From Candidatus Saccharimonadota bacterium (GTDB lineage: Bacteria; Bacillota_I; Bacilli_A; Mycoplasmatales; Hepatoplasmataceae), in contig AP027131.1 in assembly GCA_027925225.1 (NCBI GenBank), positions 150,001 through 182,000 of the forward strand: a stretch of 32,000 nucleotides of DNA. The letters are read 5' to 3'. A model generated the notes under the pieces. The model had not been told where the DNA came from. It made no database searches and worked only from the letters and a program-made list of their open reading frames with translations. Below are positions 1-10,505 of the stretch, in pieces; position 1 is the stretch's first letter, and every line of letters begins with the position of its first letter. A program made the translations under genes and the position numbers.

Positions 1-1
1 A

Positions 2-415
2 AAATTTAATGTTTCTGTTTCTGAAATGATGATTTTTATAAATACAGTTTATAAGAATCCAAGAATTTCAAAAGAAATGGCAATAAAGTTTTTACAAATA
101 TTATCTTGTTTTGCTCCACATATTTCTGATGAAATATATTCTAAAATTAAAAGACAACAAAAAAGCATATCTTTTGTTTCTTGACCGATTAAATATGAAT
201 TAAAAAAAGAAGAAGAATTAAAAACAATTTTACTTCAAATAAATGGAAAAGTAAGAGCAACTTTTCAAGTTAAATTTTCTTTTGACTTGGAAAATTTAAA
301 GCAAAAAGAAATTTTAAAATTAATATGTAAATATGCGCCAAAATATTGTACTGATAAATCAAAATTAAAAAATATTTTTATTATAAAAAATAGAATTATT
401 TCTATAACAGTTTAA
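2..415 (+). CDS. leuS: leucyl-tRNA synthetase, C-terminal fragment (5' end lies outside the window)
   Basis: The frame is open from the window edge to TAA 413-415. The translation KFNVSVSEMMIFINTVYK...ILSCFAPHISDEIYSKI...SWP...LQINGKVRATFQV...IIKNRIISITV follows the conserved LeuS C-terminal pattern (FNTAIS..M.FIN..YK / APH..EE.W / WP.Y / Q.NGKV+A). There is one in-frame TGA, the Trp of SWP. Confidence 0.9.
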
Positions 416-465
416 CTTTAAAAATAAAAAAATAGTGTTCTGTTATTTTTTAACATTAAAACTAA

Positions 466-476
466 TGTGATAAAAT
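466..476 (+). promoter_or_regulatory. candidate extended -10 promoter element for the giant coiled-coil gene
   Basis: TGTGATAAAAT reads as TGn + TAAAAT. It lies 55 nt upstream of ATG 531 in the 115-nt spacer after leuS. The preceding 10-mer AAACTAATGT (459-468) recurs at 15254-15263 in front of another gene. In this AT-rich background such matches arise easily by chance. Confidence 0.25.
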
Positions 477-530
477 TATCTTAGTATATTGTTTATCCAA
501 TTTAATTTATATTAAATATAAACACACAAA

Positions 531-3191
531 ATGAATGAAAACGATATTAAAAAATTAATATTAAAACTTAAAAAACATTTAATTTTTGATAAACAAGAAA
601 TAAAAATTTTAGAACAATTTACAAAAACAGGAAATTTATTAAAATTTATCCAATACAAAGTAATTAATGAAAATTTAGCTGATGGAAATTTTAAAAGTTA
701 TTATTTTTCAAATAAAGATTGAATAGAAAAAGAAATTTTAAAAAAATCAGATAATTACTGAAGCTTTGTAAAGGGTGAATCTTATAGTTTTGTAGATATA
801 AGTTCTACTTTATTTTTCTTTTTGCTAAAACCCATTTTTCTTAATTTTAAAAGCAAAAATAGAAAGGTTTCTATAATATTTATTGATGAAAAGATTTATA
901 AAAAATTAGGTAATTATGAATCAATTATGTTTTCTAAAGAATTATTTTTAGAAAACATAATTGAAAAAGATTTAAACAAATTTAAAGAAAAAAATTGTGA
1001 TTTTGCATTGTTTATTTATAAAAAAGTAAAAGATAAATCATATTTTAAATTTATTGATTATTTTTTATTTGAAAAAGAAGATTCTAATAATTTTTATTTT
1101 AAAATAAATAAAAAATCAATTGAACCTTTAGATTTTGAGGAAATTAATAAATTAAAAAATAAAAGTAAAATTTCTTTAAGTTTTGTTGAAGAAAAATCAA
1201 AAATTATTAGAGAAACCGTTAATAATAATATAGATTCTTTTCATAAAAAAATAATAGAAAAATTAAAAGATTCTAAAGAAAATAAAGAAATAAATTTTAG
1301 CGAAATAAATAATATGATTAAAAAAGAAGGAGAATCAATAAAAGAAATACTTGAAAATTATTTTAAAAATTTAGTAAATCAAAATTCAAATGAATTAAAT
1401 ATTGAAGGAAAATTAAAAGATATTATTCAAAAATTTAATAATAAATTAACTGAAATATTTGAGAAAAAAGAAACTTCTGAAATTTCAAATATTAATTTAT
1501 TAGAAGAAAAAATTAATGATTTAAAAGAAAAAATTGATGAAGAATTAAATGAGAGGTTTTTTGAATCAATAAATGTTGAAGGAATAATAGAATTAAATAA
1601 AAAAGAATTAGTTAATCAAATAGATAATTTAAAAATTGATATTAAAAGCGAGAGAGAAGATTTTTCAAAAACCTTAGATTTAAAGCTTCAAAAATTTTTT
1701 GAAAAAATTCTTAAATCAGAAGAAATAAATTCTACTTTTGATATTAACGATATTAAAAAGCAAATTAAATTTGAAAATGAAAAATTACAACAAATTTTTG
1801 ATAAAAAATTTGAAAAATATGTAGAAAATGTTCAAAAAAATAACACATCAATTGTTTCTTTTGAATTAAAAAATTTAAAAGATCAAATAAACTTTAGACA
1901 AAAAGAATTTGAAAAAACATTAACATCAAGTTTTGAAAATATTATCCAAAATCAAGAAAAAATAGGTAGTTTAAAATATGAATTAGAATCTTTTATAAAT
2001 AGAATTCTTATTGACCAAAAAAATTTAGAAGAAAATATTTTAAAAAAAATGGAAAATAAAATATCTGAAATAAATGATAAAAATTTAATTCAACCCCAAT
2101 TTATTGATAATAATGAATCTGATATTTTAATAAAAGAAATAGAGAAAATAAAAATATTTATAGAAGAAAATAAAAATATATTAGAAAATAGATTAGATTT
2201 AAGATTTAATGAATTTATTACAAATAAAGAAATAGAAAATGATAAAAGTTATAAAAAAACAATAGAAGAATTTAAAAAATTAATTCAAAATGAATCAAAA
2301 TATTTAGAAGAAAAAATTTTAAATTTAGTAAATAAAAATTTAAATATAAATGACTTAAATAATAAGTTTAAAGAAGAGACTGAAAAAATAAATAATTTAC
2401 TTGAAAAAAAACTAGAAGAAAAATTTTCTGAAATACTTTTAAATAGTGATCAAAATGCTTCCGCAAGTATAAAAGTTTTAAGAGATCAAATACAAGAAGA
2501 AAATAGAAGAATAAAATCAGAAATAAAAAATGCAATAAATTCAAAATTTTCTAAAATAAATAATAAAGATAATTTAAATATAAAAAAAGAAATTTCTTCA
2601 ATAAGAAATGAAATTCAAAAAGATCAAAGAAGATTAGAAAAAAATATTAGAGATTTATTTAATAAAGAAATTAATGCAATAAATTCAAGCAAAGATACAA
2701 AAAATATTAAATTAGAGCTTGAAAATCTTGCAAATCAAGTAAGAAATGAGCAAGCAAAACTAGAAAAAATTTTAGAAGGAAAACTTTCCGAAAAATTAGA
2801 AGAATTAATTAGTAATGATTTTGAAAAAAAAGAAACATTAAATTATGAGTTAGAATCTCTTAAAGAAGAAATCATAAATCAAAAAGAAAATATTAAAAAT
2901 ATTTTTGAAGAAAAATTAAATATAAAAATTGATGAAATAGTAAAAAGTAATGAAGTTTTTGCAGCAATAGATTTAGAAAATATAAAAAAAGAATTAATTT
3001 TAGAAAATGAAAAAATTCAAAAAAACATTGAAAAAAAAATAGAAGAGCAATTTTTAAATTTAAATCAAAAAACAAATGATGAAGAATCTTTTAAAAAATG
3101 AAATGAAATAAAAAAACAAATTGAAAATGAACATTTAATTTTAGAAGAAAAATTTTCTAAAAAAATAGAATGAACTTTCAGTAAACGATAA
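531..3191 (+). CDS. giant coiled-coil protein, segment A (886 aa as sequenced, ending at a frameshift-induced TAA)
   Basis: Track ORFs 531-722 and 822-3101 are in the same frame, joined by TGA codons at 720 and 759. The frame continues through TGA 3099 and TGA 3168 to TAA 3189-3191. ATG 531 is the first start after the leuS spacer. Confidence 0.8.
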
Positions 3192-6150
3192 ACAAATAAG
3201 TATAAGTTTTTTAAATTTAAAAGATAATCTTAAAATAGAAAATCAAAAAGCAATAGAAAATTTAGAGTTAAAAATTTTAAATTTAATAAATAAAAATTTA
3301 AATACAAATGATTTTAACCAAAAAATACAAGATGAAATAAAAAAAATAAATAATTTATTTGAAGAAAAACTAGAAGAAAAGTTTTCTGAAATAATTTTAA
3401 ACAGTGATCAAAATGCTTCTGCAAGCATAAAAGTTTTAAGAGATCAAATACAAGAAGAAAATAGAAGAATAAAATCAGAAATAAAAAATGCAATAAATTC
3501 AAAATTTTCTAAAATAAATAATAAAGATAATTTAAATATAAAAAAAGAAATTTCTTCAATAAGAAATGAAATTCAAAAAGATCAAAGAAGATTAGAAAAA
3601 AATATTAGAGATTTATTTAATAAAGAAATTAATGCAATAAATTCAAGCAAAGATACAAAAAATATTAAATTAGAGCTTGAAAATCTTGCAAATCAAGTAA
3701 GAAATGAGCAAGCAAAACTAGAAAAAATTTTAGAAGGAAAACTTTCCGAAAAATTAGAAGAATTAATTAGTAATGATTTTGAAAAAAAAGAAACATTAAA
3801 TTATGAGTTAGAATCTCTTAAAGAAGAAATCATAAATCAAAAAGAAAATATTGAAAATATTTTTGAAGAAAAATTAAATATAAAAATTGATGAAATGGTA
3901 AAAAGTAATGAAGTTTTTGCAGCAATTGATTTAGAAAATATAAAAAAAGAATTGATTTTAGAAAATGAAAAAATTCAACAAATAATTGAACAAAAAATAA
4001 GAGATGAATTTAGAAATATAAATCTAAATTCAAATATGAACACAATTACTGAAAATTTATTGCTTTTTAAAATACAAATTCAAAATCAGCAAGTTGAGCT
4101 TCAAAAAAACATTGAAAAAAAAATAGAAGAGCAATTTTTAAATTTAAATCAAAAAACAAATGATGAAGAATCTTTTAAAAAATGAAATGAAATAAAAAAA
4201 CAAATTGAAAATGAACATTTAATTTTAGAAGAAAAATTTTCTAAAAAAATAGATGAACTTTCAGTAAACGATAAACAAATAAGTATAAGTTTTTTAAATT
4301 TAAAAGATAATCTTAAAATAGAAAATCAAAAAGCAATAGAAAATTTAGAGTTAAAAATTTTAAATTTAATAAATAAAAATTTAAATACAAATGATTTTAA
4401 CCAAAAAATACAAGATGAAATAAAAAAAATAAATAATTTATTTGAAGAAAAAATAGAAGAAAAGTTTTCTGAAATAATTTTAAATAGTGATCAAAATGCT
4501 TCTGCAAGTATAAAAGTTTTAAGAGATCAAATACAAGAAGAAAATAGAAGAATAAAATCAGAAATAAAAAATGCAATAAACTCAAAATTTTCTAAAATAA
4601 ATAATAAAGATAATTTAAATATAAAAAAAGAAATTTCTTCAATAAGAAATGAAATTCAAAAAGATCAAAGAAGATTAGAAAAAAATATTAGAGATTTATT
4701 TAACAAAGAAATTAATGCAATAAATTCAAACAAAGATACAAAGAATATTAAATTAGAGCTTGAAAATCTTGCAAATCAAGTAAGAAATGAGCAAGCAAAA
4801 CTAGAAAAAATTTTAGAAGGAAAACTTTCAGAAAAATTAGAAGAATTAATTAGTAATGATTTTGAAAAAAAAGAAACATTAAATTATGAGTTGGAATCTC
4901 TTAAAGAAGAAATCATAAATCAAAAAGAAAATATTGAAAATATTTTTGAAGAAAAATTAAATATAAAAATTGATGAAATAGTAAAAAGTAATGAAGTTTT
5001 TGCAGCAATTGATTTAGAAAATATAAAAAAAGAATTAATTTTAGAAAATGAAAAAATTCAACAAATAGTTGAACAAAAAATACAAAATGAATTTGAAAAT
5101 ATAAATTTAAATGAAAGTATTAATATAATTACTGAAAATCTTTTGGTTTTTAAAATGCAAATTCAAAATCAACAATTTGAACTTCAAAAAAATCTTGAAA
5201 GAAAAATTGAAGAAAATTTTTTAAATCTAGAACAACAAATAAATGGAGAAGAAGCTTTTAAAAAATGAGATGAAATAAAAAAAGAAATTGAAAATGATCA
5301 CTTAATTTTAGAAGAAAATCTTTCTGAAATAATTTTAAATAGTGATCAAAATGTTTCTGCAAGTATAAAGATTTTAAAAGATCAAATACAAGAGGAAAAT
5401 AAAAAAATAAAAATAGAAATTCAGAAGATAATAAACTCAAAATTTTCTAAAATAAATAATAAAGATAATTTAAATATAAGAAAAGAAATTTCTTTAATAA
5501 GAAAAGAAATTCAAAAAGATCAAAGAAGATTAGAAAAAAACATTAGAGATTTATTTAATAAAGAACTTAATGCAATAAATTTAAACAAAGATACAAAAAA
5601 TATTAAATTAGAGCTTGAAAATCTTGCAAATCAAGTAAGAAATGAGCAAGCAAAACTAGAAAAAATTTTAGAAGGAAAACTTTCAGAAAAATTAGAAGAA
5701 TTAATTAGTAATGATTTTGAAAAAAAGAAACATTAAATTATGAGTTAGAATCTCTTAAAGAAGAAATCATAAATCAAAAAGAAAATATTGAAAATATTTT
5801 TGAAGAAAAATTAAATATAAAAATTGATGAAATAGTAAAAAGTAATGAAGTTTTTGCGGCAATTGATTTAGAAAATATAAAAAAGGAATTAACTTTAGAA
5901 ACTGAAAAAATTCAACAAATAATTGAGCAAAAAATACAAAATGAATTTAAATCAATAGATAAAAACGAAAACATAGATATAGTTATTGAACAACTTTTAG
6001 ATTTTAAATTGCAAATTCAAAGTCAGCAAATTGAACTTCAAGAAATATTTGAAAAGAAAATTGAGAAAGAATTTTTTGACTTAAGACAACAAATAAATGG
6101 AGATGAAGTTGTTAAAAAATTAGATGAAATAAAAAATCAAATTAATAATA
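2313..6150 (+). repeat. four tandem copies of a ~1,083-bp (361-codon) intragenic repeat unit
   Basis: The landmark TCTGAAATA..AGTGATCAAAATG occurs at 2427, 3385, 4468 and 5323, giving spacings of 958, 1083 and 855 bp. I checked base by base that 2471-2894 is identical to 3429-3852 (424 bp). Copy 4 (5323 to about 6150) is clearly diverged. Confidence 0.95.
3169..5736 (+). CDS. giant coiled-coil protein, segment B (internal open frame with no start codon of its own near its 5' end)
   Basis: Frame 1 is open from just after TAG 3166-3168 to TAA 5734-5736. It includes track ORFs 3895-4185 and 4891-5268, joined through TGA 4183 and TGA 5266. Its translation is the same repeat protein as segments A and C. 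The first in-frame ATG is not until 3895. Confidence 0.55.
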
Positions 6151-8351
6151 ATAATTTAAATTTAGAAAATAATTTTAATGAAAAATTTGATGATTTTTCT
6201 ATTAAAAATTCATCAGAAAATATTATTTATCAAATAGAATCATTAAAAGAACAAATTTTAAAAAATAAAAATTCTTTCGAAAGTTTTTTAGAAAATAAAA
6301 TTGAAGAAAAGGTAGAAAAAATTTTAAAAAATGATGAGGTATCTTCTGCAATTGATTTAGAAAATATTAAATATCAAATAAGAAAGGAAAATAATAGATT
6401 ACAAAACATTTTAGAAAAAAACATTGAAGATAAATTAAATTTTTTAAACAAAAATAGTGAAAAAGATAATAATTATTTAGAAAAATTAGAAGATATTAAA
6501 AAACAAATAGAGTTAGAACAAGGAAACCTAGGGAAATTATTTGATGATAAAATAAATTATATAGTTGAAAATCGAGAAACAAATAATATAGATATTGATT
6601 TAAAAAGAGATTTTGAAGATATATTATTTCAAATTTCAGATGAACAAAAAAGAATTGAAGAAAAAATTGATTCAAAATTAGATGATAAATTAAGTAGAAT
6701 TGTAGAAAAAGATGAGATAAATTCTTTAAAAATAGAAATAGAGAATTTAAAAAATGATCTTAAGAAAAATTTTGAAGAAAAATTATCAAATGTTTTTCCA
6801 AAAGAAAGCTTAGACAGAAAATTTGGAGATTTGCAAAAAGAAATTAAAAACTTAAAAAATGATATGAGCATTCTTTTAGAAGAAAAATTAAGTAAAATAT
6901 TAAATGAAGAAAACTTCAATTCAATTATTAATTTGGATAATATAAAATATGAATTTGAAAAAGAAAAAAATGAAATAAATTTTGAAATTAAAAGACAATT
7001 AGAAAAAGGAATAAAAACACTTCTAAAAAGTGAAGAAATAACTTCGGCTTTTGACTTTGAAAATATTAAAAAAGAAATCAATGATAAAAATAAAAATTTA
7101 CAAAGTGAAATCATAAAAAAAATATCAAAAATTTTTAAAGAAAACTTTGATAATATAAATGTAAATAGTTTTAAAGAAGAGATGAAAAATATGCAAAAAG
7201 ATTTAGAAAATCTTATAGAAGAAAAAATTAAAGAAACACTCCAAAATAAAGATTTGGATTCAGAATTTAATTTAAAATCTTTAAAAGATGAAATTAATAA
7301 GGTAACAAATAAAGTAAGAGATAATCTTGAAAATACACTCGAAATTAAATTTAATGAATTGTTAAAAAAAGAGCCAAATGAAATTAGAATTTCTAAAGAA
7401 AAAGATAATAAAAAAGAAATGGTTGATAAATTAAAAAAAACCATTGAAATTGAAATGAGTAAATTTAAAGGATTTTTTTTATCTGATAATAAAGAAAATA
7501 CAATTCTAAAAAGATTAAATGATAATTTTTTAAAATTACAGGAAGATATTAATAAATTAAAAAATGAAGTAAATTCAAGAATAAATGAACCTTCAGAAGT
7601 TGATCGAAAATTTGATGATTTTTTAGAAAAAGTTACAAAATCATTTTTAGAATATAAAGATAATGATGAAACAATTGAAAAACAAATTGAAAATGTGTAC
7701 AGTGAAATAACAGAAGAATTTAAGGGTGTTTTTAATCCTGAAATAATAAATGATATTAGTGGTGTTAATAGAAATAAAATAGAAAAAATAGATAAATTAG
7801 AAAATTCTGAATTAAGAAATTATAGTTATGAAAAAAAACCAAATGTGGAGTACCATCATAAAAATTTAAGAAAAATTGAAAATGTTGTTTCAAATTCTAA
7901 AAAAGTAGTAGAAGAGAAATTAAAAGATAATGATTTTTTTCAAGAATATAGAAATTATGAATTATATAAAGATAAGTTTTTTAAAAAAGATTTTATACTT
8001 TTAAAAACAATTTCTAATTACTTAAAAATGAAATTAATTATTTTAAAAAAACAATGTGAATTAACTGATGTTAGTAATGGGGATTTTCTTGTTGCAATTT
8101 ATATTAAACCATGATTTTTATGTAATTCAGAAGAAAGAATTGATTTAGAAAATACAATTCTTTTAAATAAATATCACGCTCTTTTATTTATAAAAGGAGC
8201 AATTTCATTTGATGATAATGGAGAAATATTGTTTTCAAATTTTGTAAAAGAATTGATAGGAAATAATTTAAGAAAATATCATTCAATAAAAATGAACGAA
8301 AAAAAAATACAGTATATGAAATTTCATAGGAAAAATGTTTTTTTAAATTAA
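5712..8351 (+). CDS. giant coiled-coil protein, segment C (internal open frame plus the globular C-terminal region)
   Basis: Frame 0 is open from after TAA 5709-5711 to TAA 8349-8351. It includes track ORF 6009-8114 and continues through TGA 8112. There is no ATG near its 5' end. The C-terminal ~90 aa (WFLCNSEERIDLENTILLNKYHALLFIKGAISFDDNGEILF...) are non-repetitive. Confidence 0.6.
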
Positions 8352-8356
8352 AATTA

Positions 8357-9187
8357 TTATTTATTTTTTGCTCATTCTTTAAATAATTTATTTTTATCTA
8401 CAACCAAATTATTTTTTTTAATCATAGAATAAATTCCATTTGAATCAATTTTTTTGTTTATCTTAAAAGGAATATCATTTTTAATTAAATAATCTACTAG
8501 TCAATTATTATATGTATCTTTTGCAATAATTGATGCACAAGCAACTTCTAGATATTTGTCTTCTGCTTTTTGGACAAAAAGTATGTTTTTATTTATCTTT
8601 GTTTTATTATCAAAATAATTATAAAATTTTTCTTTATTCACAAATTCATCAATAACGGGTTGATAATTTATTTCATAAAATTCATTTATAAGTTCCATTT
8701 GCTTCAAAGCATTAATTTGTTTTACATTTTTTATTTCTTTTCATTCTTTGTTAAATTCTTCTGGTTTTAAAATTATTAATTTATATATAATGTGATTTTT
8801 TATTTCTTTTGCTATTTTTTTTATTTGTTTATAATCTAATTTTTTACTATCTTTAATTCCAATTTCGAATACTTTCTTTTTTTCTTCAAAGTTTTTAAAT
8901 TTTACCGCACAGACTACATACGGACCAATGTTTTCACCTACACCAACCTCATCTATTCCTATGTATAATTTTTTATCAATTAGTATATTTAATTTTTCTT
9001 TAATGTTTTTATTTATGTCTTTTGCAAAAAAAATAGTAAGATTTTTAAAAAAAGTAATTTTAATATTATCAACAAATATTTCATCAAAAATTATATTTGT
9101 TTTTATATTTCTTGTTTTTCCAATATTTAGTATTTCTTTATAAAAATCATCAAAACTTTTTTGATTATATGCTTTAACTGTTAACAT
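8357..9187 (-). CDS. rnhC: ribonuclease HIII (RNase HII/HIII family)
   Basis: Track ORFs 9223-8741 and 8707-8501, plus the tail down to TAA 8359-8357, form one frame joined by TGA codons at 8743-8741, 8503-8501 and 8374-8372. An ~85-aa N-terminal domain is followed by GIDEVGVGENIGPYVVCAV (the DE-x-G catalytic motif) and later by LEVACASIIAKD. The length and the N-terminal domain favour RNase HIII over HII. The start is uncertain: ATG 9187 is chosen, TTG 9223 is possible. Confidence 0.75.
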
Positions 9188-9215
9188 AGGGAAATTATAT
9201 AATATAATTTTTTTG

Positions 9216-9551
9216 ATGAGCAATTCTTATTTAGGTATTGATATAGTCGAAAATAAAAGAATAAATAAAAAAAAATTTGTTAATAGATTTCTATCAGAAA
9301 AAGAATATGAAAAATTTTTGTCCTTTTCTGATAGAAAAGCTGCTTTAAATTTTGCGATTGGAAGATGAGCTGCAAAGGAAGCAATAATAAAAGCAACCAA
9401 TAAATTATATTCAATAAGCGAAATAGAAATTTTTAATGAAGAAAATGGAAATCCAATTGTTTTTCTAAGAAAGGAATATAATAAAAATTGTAAAGTTTCT
9501 ATTTCGCATGAAAAAAAATATACAATAGCAATTTGTATTATGAGTGTATAA
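9216..9551 (+). CDS. acpS: holo-[acyl-carrier-protein] synthase
   Basis: The frame runs from ATG 9216 to TAA 9549-9551 (111 aa). The translation shows LGIDIVENKRI...IGRWAAKEAIIKA...VSISHEKKYTIAICIM, the AcpS pattern (GIDIVE / R.AAKEA / S.SH). The W of GRWAAKEA is TGA 9366-9368. Confidence 0.85.
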
Positions 9552-9554
9552 AGT

Positions 9555-10466
9555 ATGAAAAAAATTTGAGAAAAAACAATAGAATCAATTTCACGTGTGT
9601 TTCATGTAATTTTTTCCTTTTATATTCCTTATGCATTATGAAGAAATTCAAGAAGATTAAAAAAATGATTAAAAAAAAATAGAAAACAACAAGATCCTAA
9701 TCTCTACAGTTTTTCAGATCGTTTTGAATATATTAGAAGAAAAGCAATTAAATTTAATAAAAGAATGGGAATTAAAGTAAATATTATTGGATTAGATAAT
9801 TTACCAAAATCAGGTTCTTGAATAACACCAAATCATACATCAAATTATGATGGATTTTATTTGCTTGAAGCACTGGGGTCAAAAGTTCAATTGGTTCCTA
9901 CAGCAAACGATAAAGTAATAAAAGGAAGAATAGCAAGTGGTTTCTTAAATGCTGCAGATGCTTTTATAATTGACAGAAATAATATAAGACAAGCTTTAAC
10001 AAATTTAAATAATGCAGCAAATTATGGAAGGCAAAATAATAGAGGGGTTGTAGTTTTTCCTGAAGGGACAAGGTCATTTACAACAAAACTTTTAGAATTT
10101 AGATGTGGCAGCTTTAAGTTTCCGCAAAAGTATGCTCTTCCAATTGTTCCAATTACAATAACAGGAACATTGCAGGCAAAAAGATGATGAAAATTATATT
10201 ACAGATATGTAAATGTTACAATCCATAAACCATTAAAACCAATTGAACATATAAAAATTCCGAGTGATATTGTTTGTAGAAGAGTTTACGAAAAAATTAA
10301 TAATGAATTAATAAAATATGAAAAAGAATTATCTAATAGAGAAAAAAAACATTTAGAAAAGCTAAGACTTAAAGCAATAAAAAGTGATAAAAAAAAAGAA
10401 AGAAAACTAATTATAGAAAAAGAAAATTTTATAAAAAAAGATTTAAAAAAATCTAAGAAACAATAA
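9555..10466 (+). CDS. plsC: 1-acyl-sn-glycerol-3-phosphate acyltransferase
   Basis: The frame runs from ATG 9555 to TAA 10464-10466 and has six in-frame TGA codons. Track ORF 9861-10187 is an internal piece. The acyltransferase motifs are NHTSNYDG (the H-x4-D box) and VVFPEGTRS. An N-terminal hydrophobic segment is present. Confidence 0.85.
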
Positions 10467-10505
10467 TAATTTTTTCTTTTTTTTCTTTTTGTTAGAATAA
10501 GAAAA

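Larger units (their letters stand above)
531..8351 (+). pseudogene. giant (~2,606 codon) Lys/Glu/Asn-rich coiled-coil repeat protein gene, interrupted as sequenced by a +1 and a -1 frameshift (a pseudogene, a phase-variable gene or an assembly error)
   Basis: With TGA read as Trp the locus falls into three frame segments:
- Coordinate frame 0 is open from ATG 531 to about 3170.
- Frame 1 is open from 3169 to 5736.
- Frame 0 is open again from 5712 to TAA 8349-8351.
The frame switches sit exactly at single-base differences from sister repeat copies: an extra A at 3169/3170, and A7 instead of A8 at 5720-5726. The total is 7,821 nt, or 2,607 codons, once both are corrected. There is no signal peptide and no TM segment. 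Confidence 0.75.

Noticed and set aside
2313-6150. Whether the regularly spaced repeats could be a CRISPR array or a mobile element.
   Set aside because: The units are about 1.08 kb, are contiguous with no spacers, and stay in one protein-coding frame. No cas gene, transposase or terminal inverted repeats are present. This is an intragenic tandem duplication.
2893-7444. Minus-strand track ORFs inside the giant gene (2893-3075, 3314-3502, 4397-4585, 5258-5440, 6629-7444), all Phe/Leu/Ser-rich.
   Set aside because: They are the antisense mirror of AAA/GAA/AAT-rich sense codons (TTT/TTC/ATT), and they repeat with the same period as the sense repeats. They have no start context and no recognisable domains, so they are low-complexity artefacts.
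531-8351. Identifying the giant coiled-coil protein as SMC, given that scpA and scpB lie nearby.
   Set aside because: There is no N-terminal Walker A (GxxGxGKS), no hinge and no C-terminal signature or Walker B head. The termini are unrelated to ABC-type heads.
8352-8356. The convergent giant gene and rnhC end only 5 nt apart, with no terminator hairpin.
   Set aside because: This is noted as genome compaction. There is no sequence in between to analyse, and no structure I could support.
8570-9143. Plus-strand track ORFs 8570-8770 and 8928-9143.
   Set aside because: They are antisense to the well-supported rnhC frame and hydrophobic low-complexity, with no independent support.
9188-9223. Upstream alternative starts given by the track: TTG 9223 (rnhC), TTG 11199 (pdp), TTG 13717 (rluB), ATG 24448 (RHH-FruK), and TTG starts at 822, 4891 and 6009 in the giant gene.
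   Set aside because: Downstream ATGs give N-termini that match family consensus or avoid long overlaps with neighbouring genes. The internal TTG starts are artefacts of splitting at TGA. The rnhC and RHH-FruK starts remain uncertain by a few codons.
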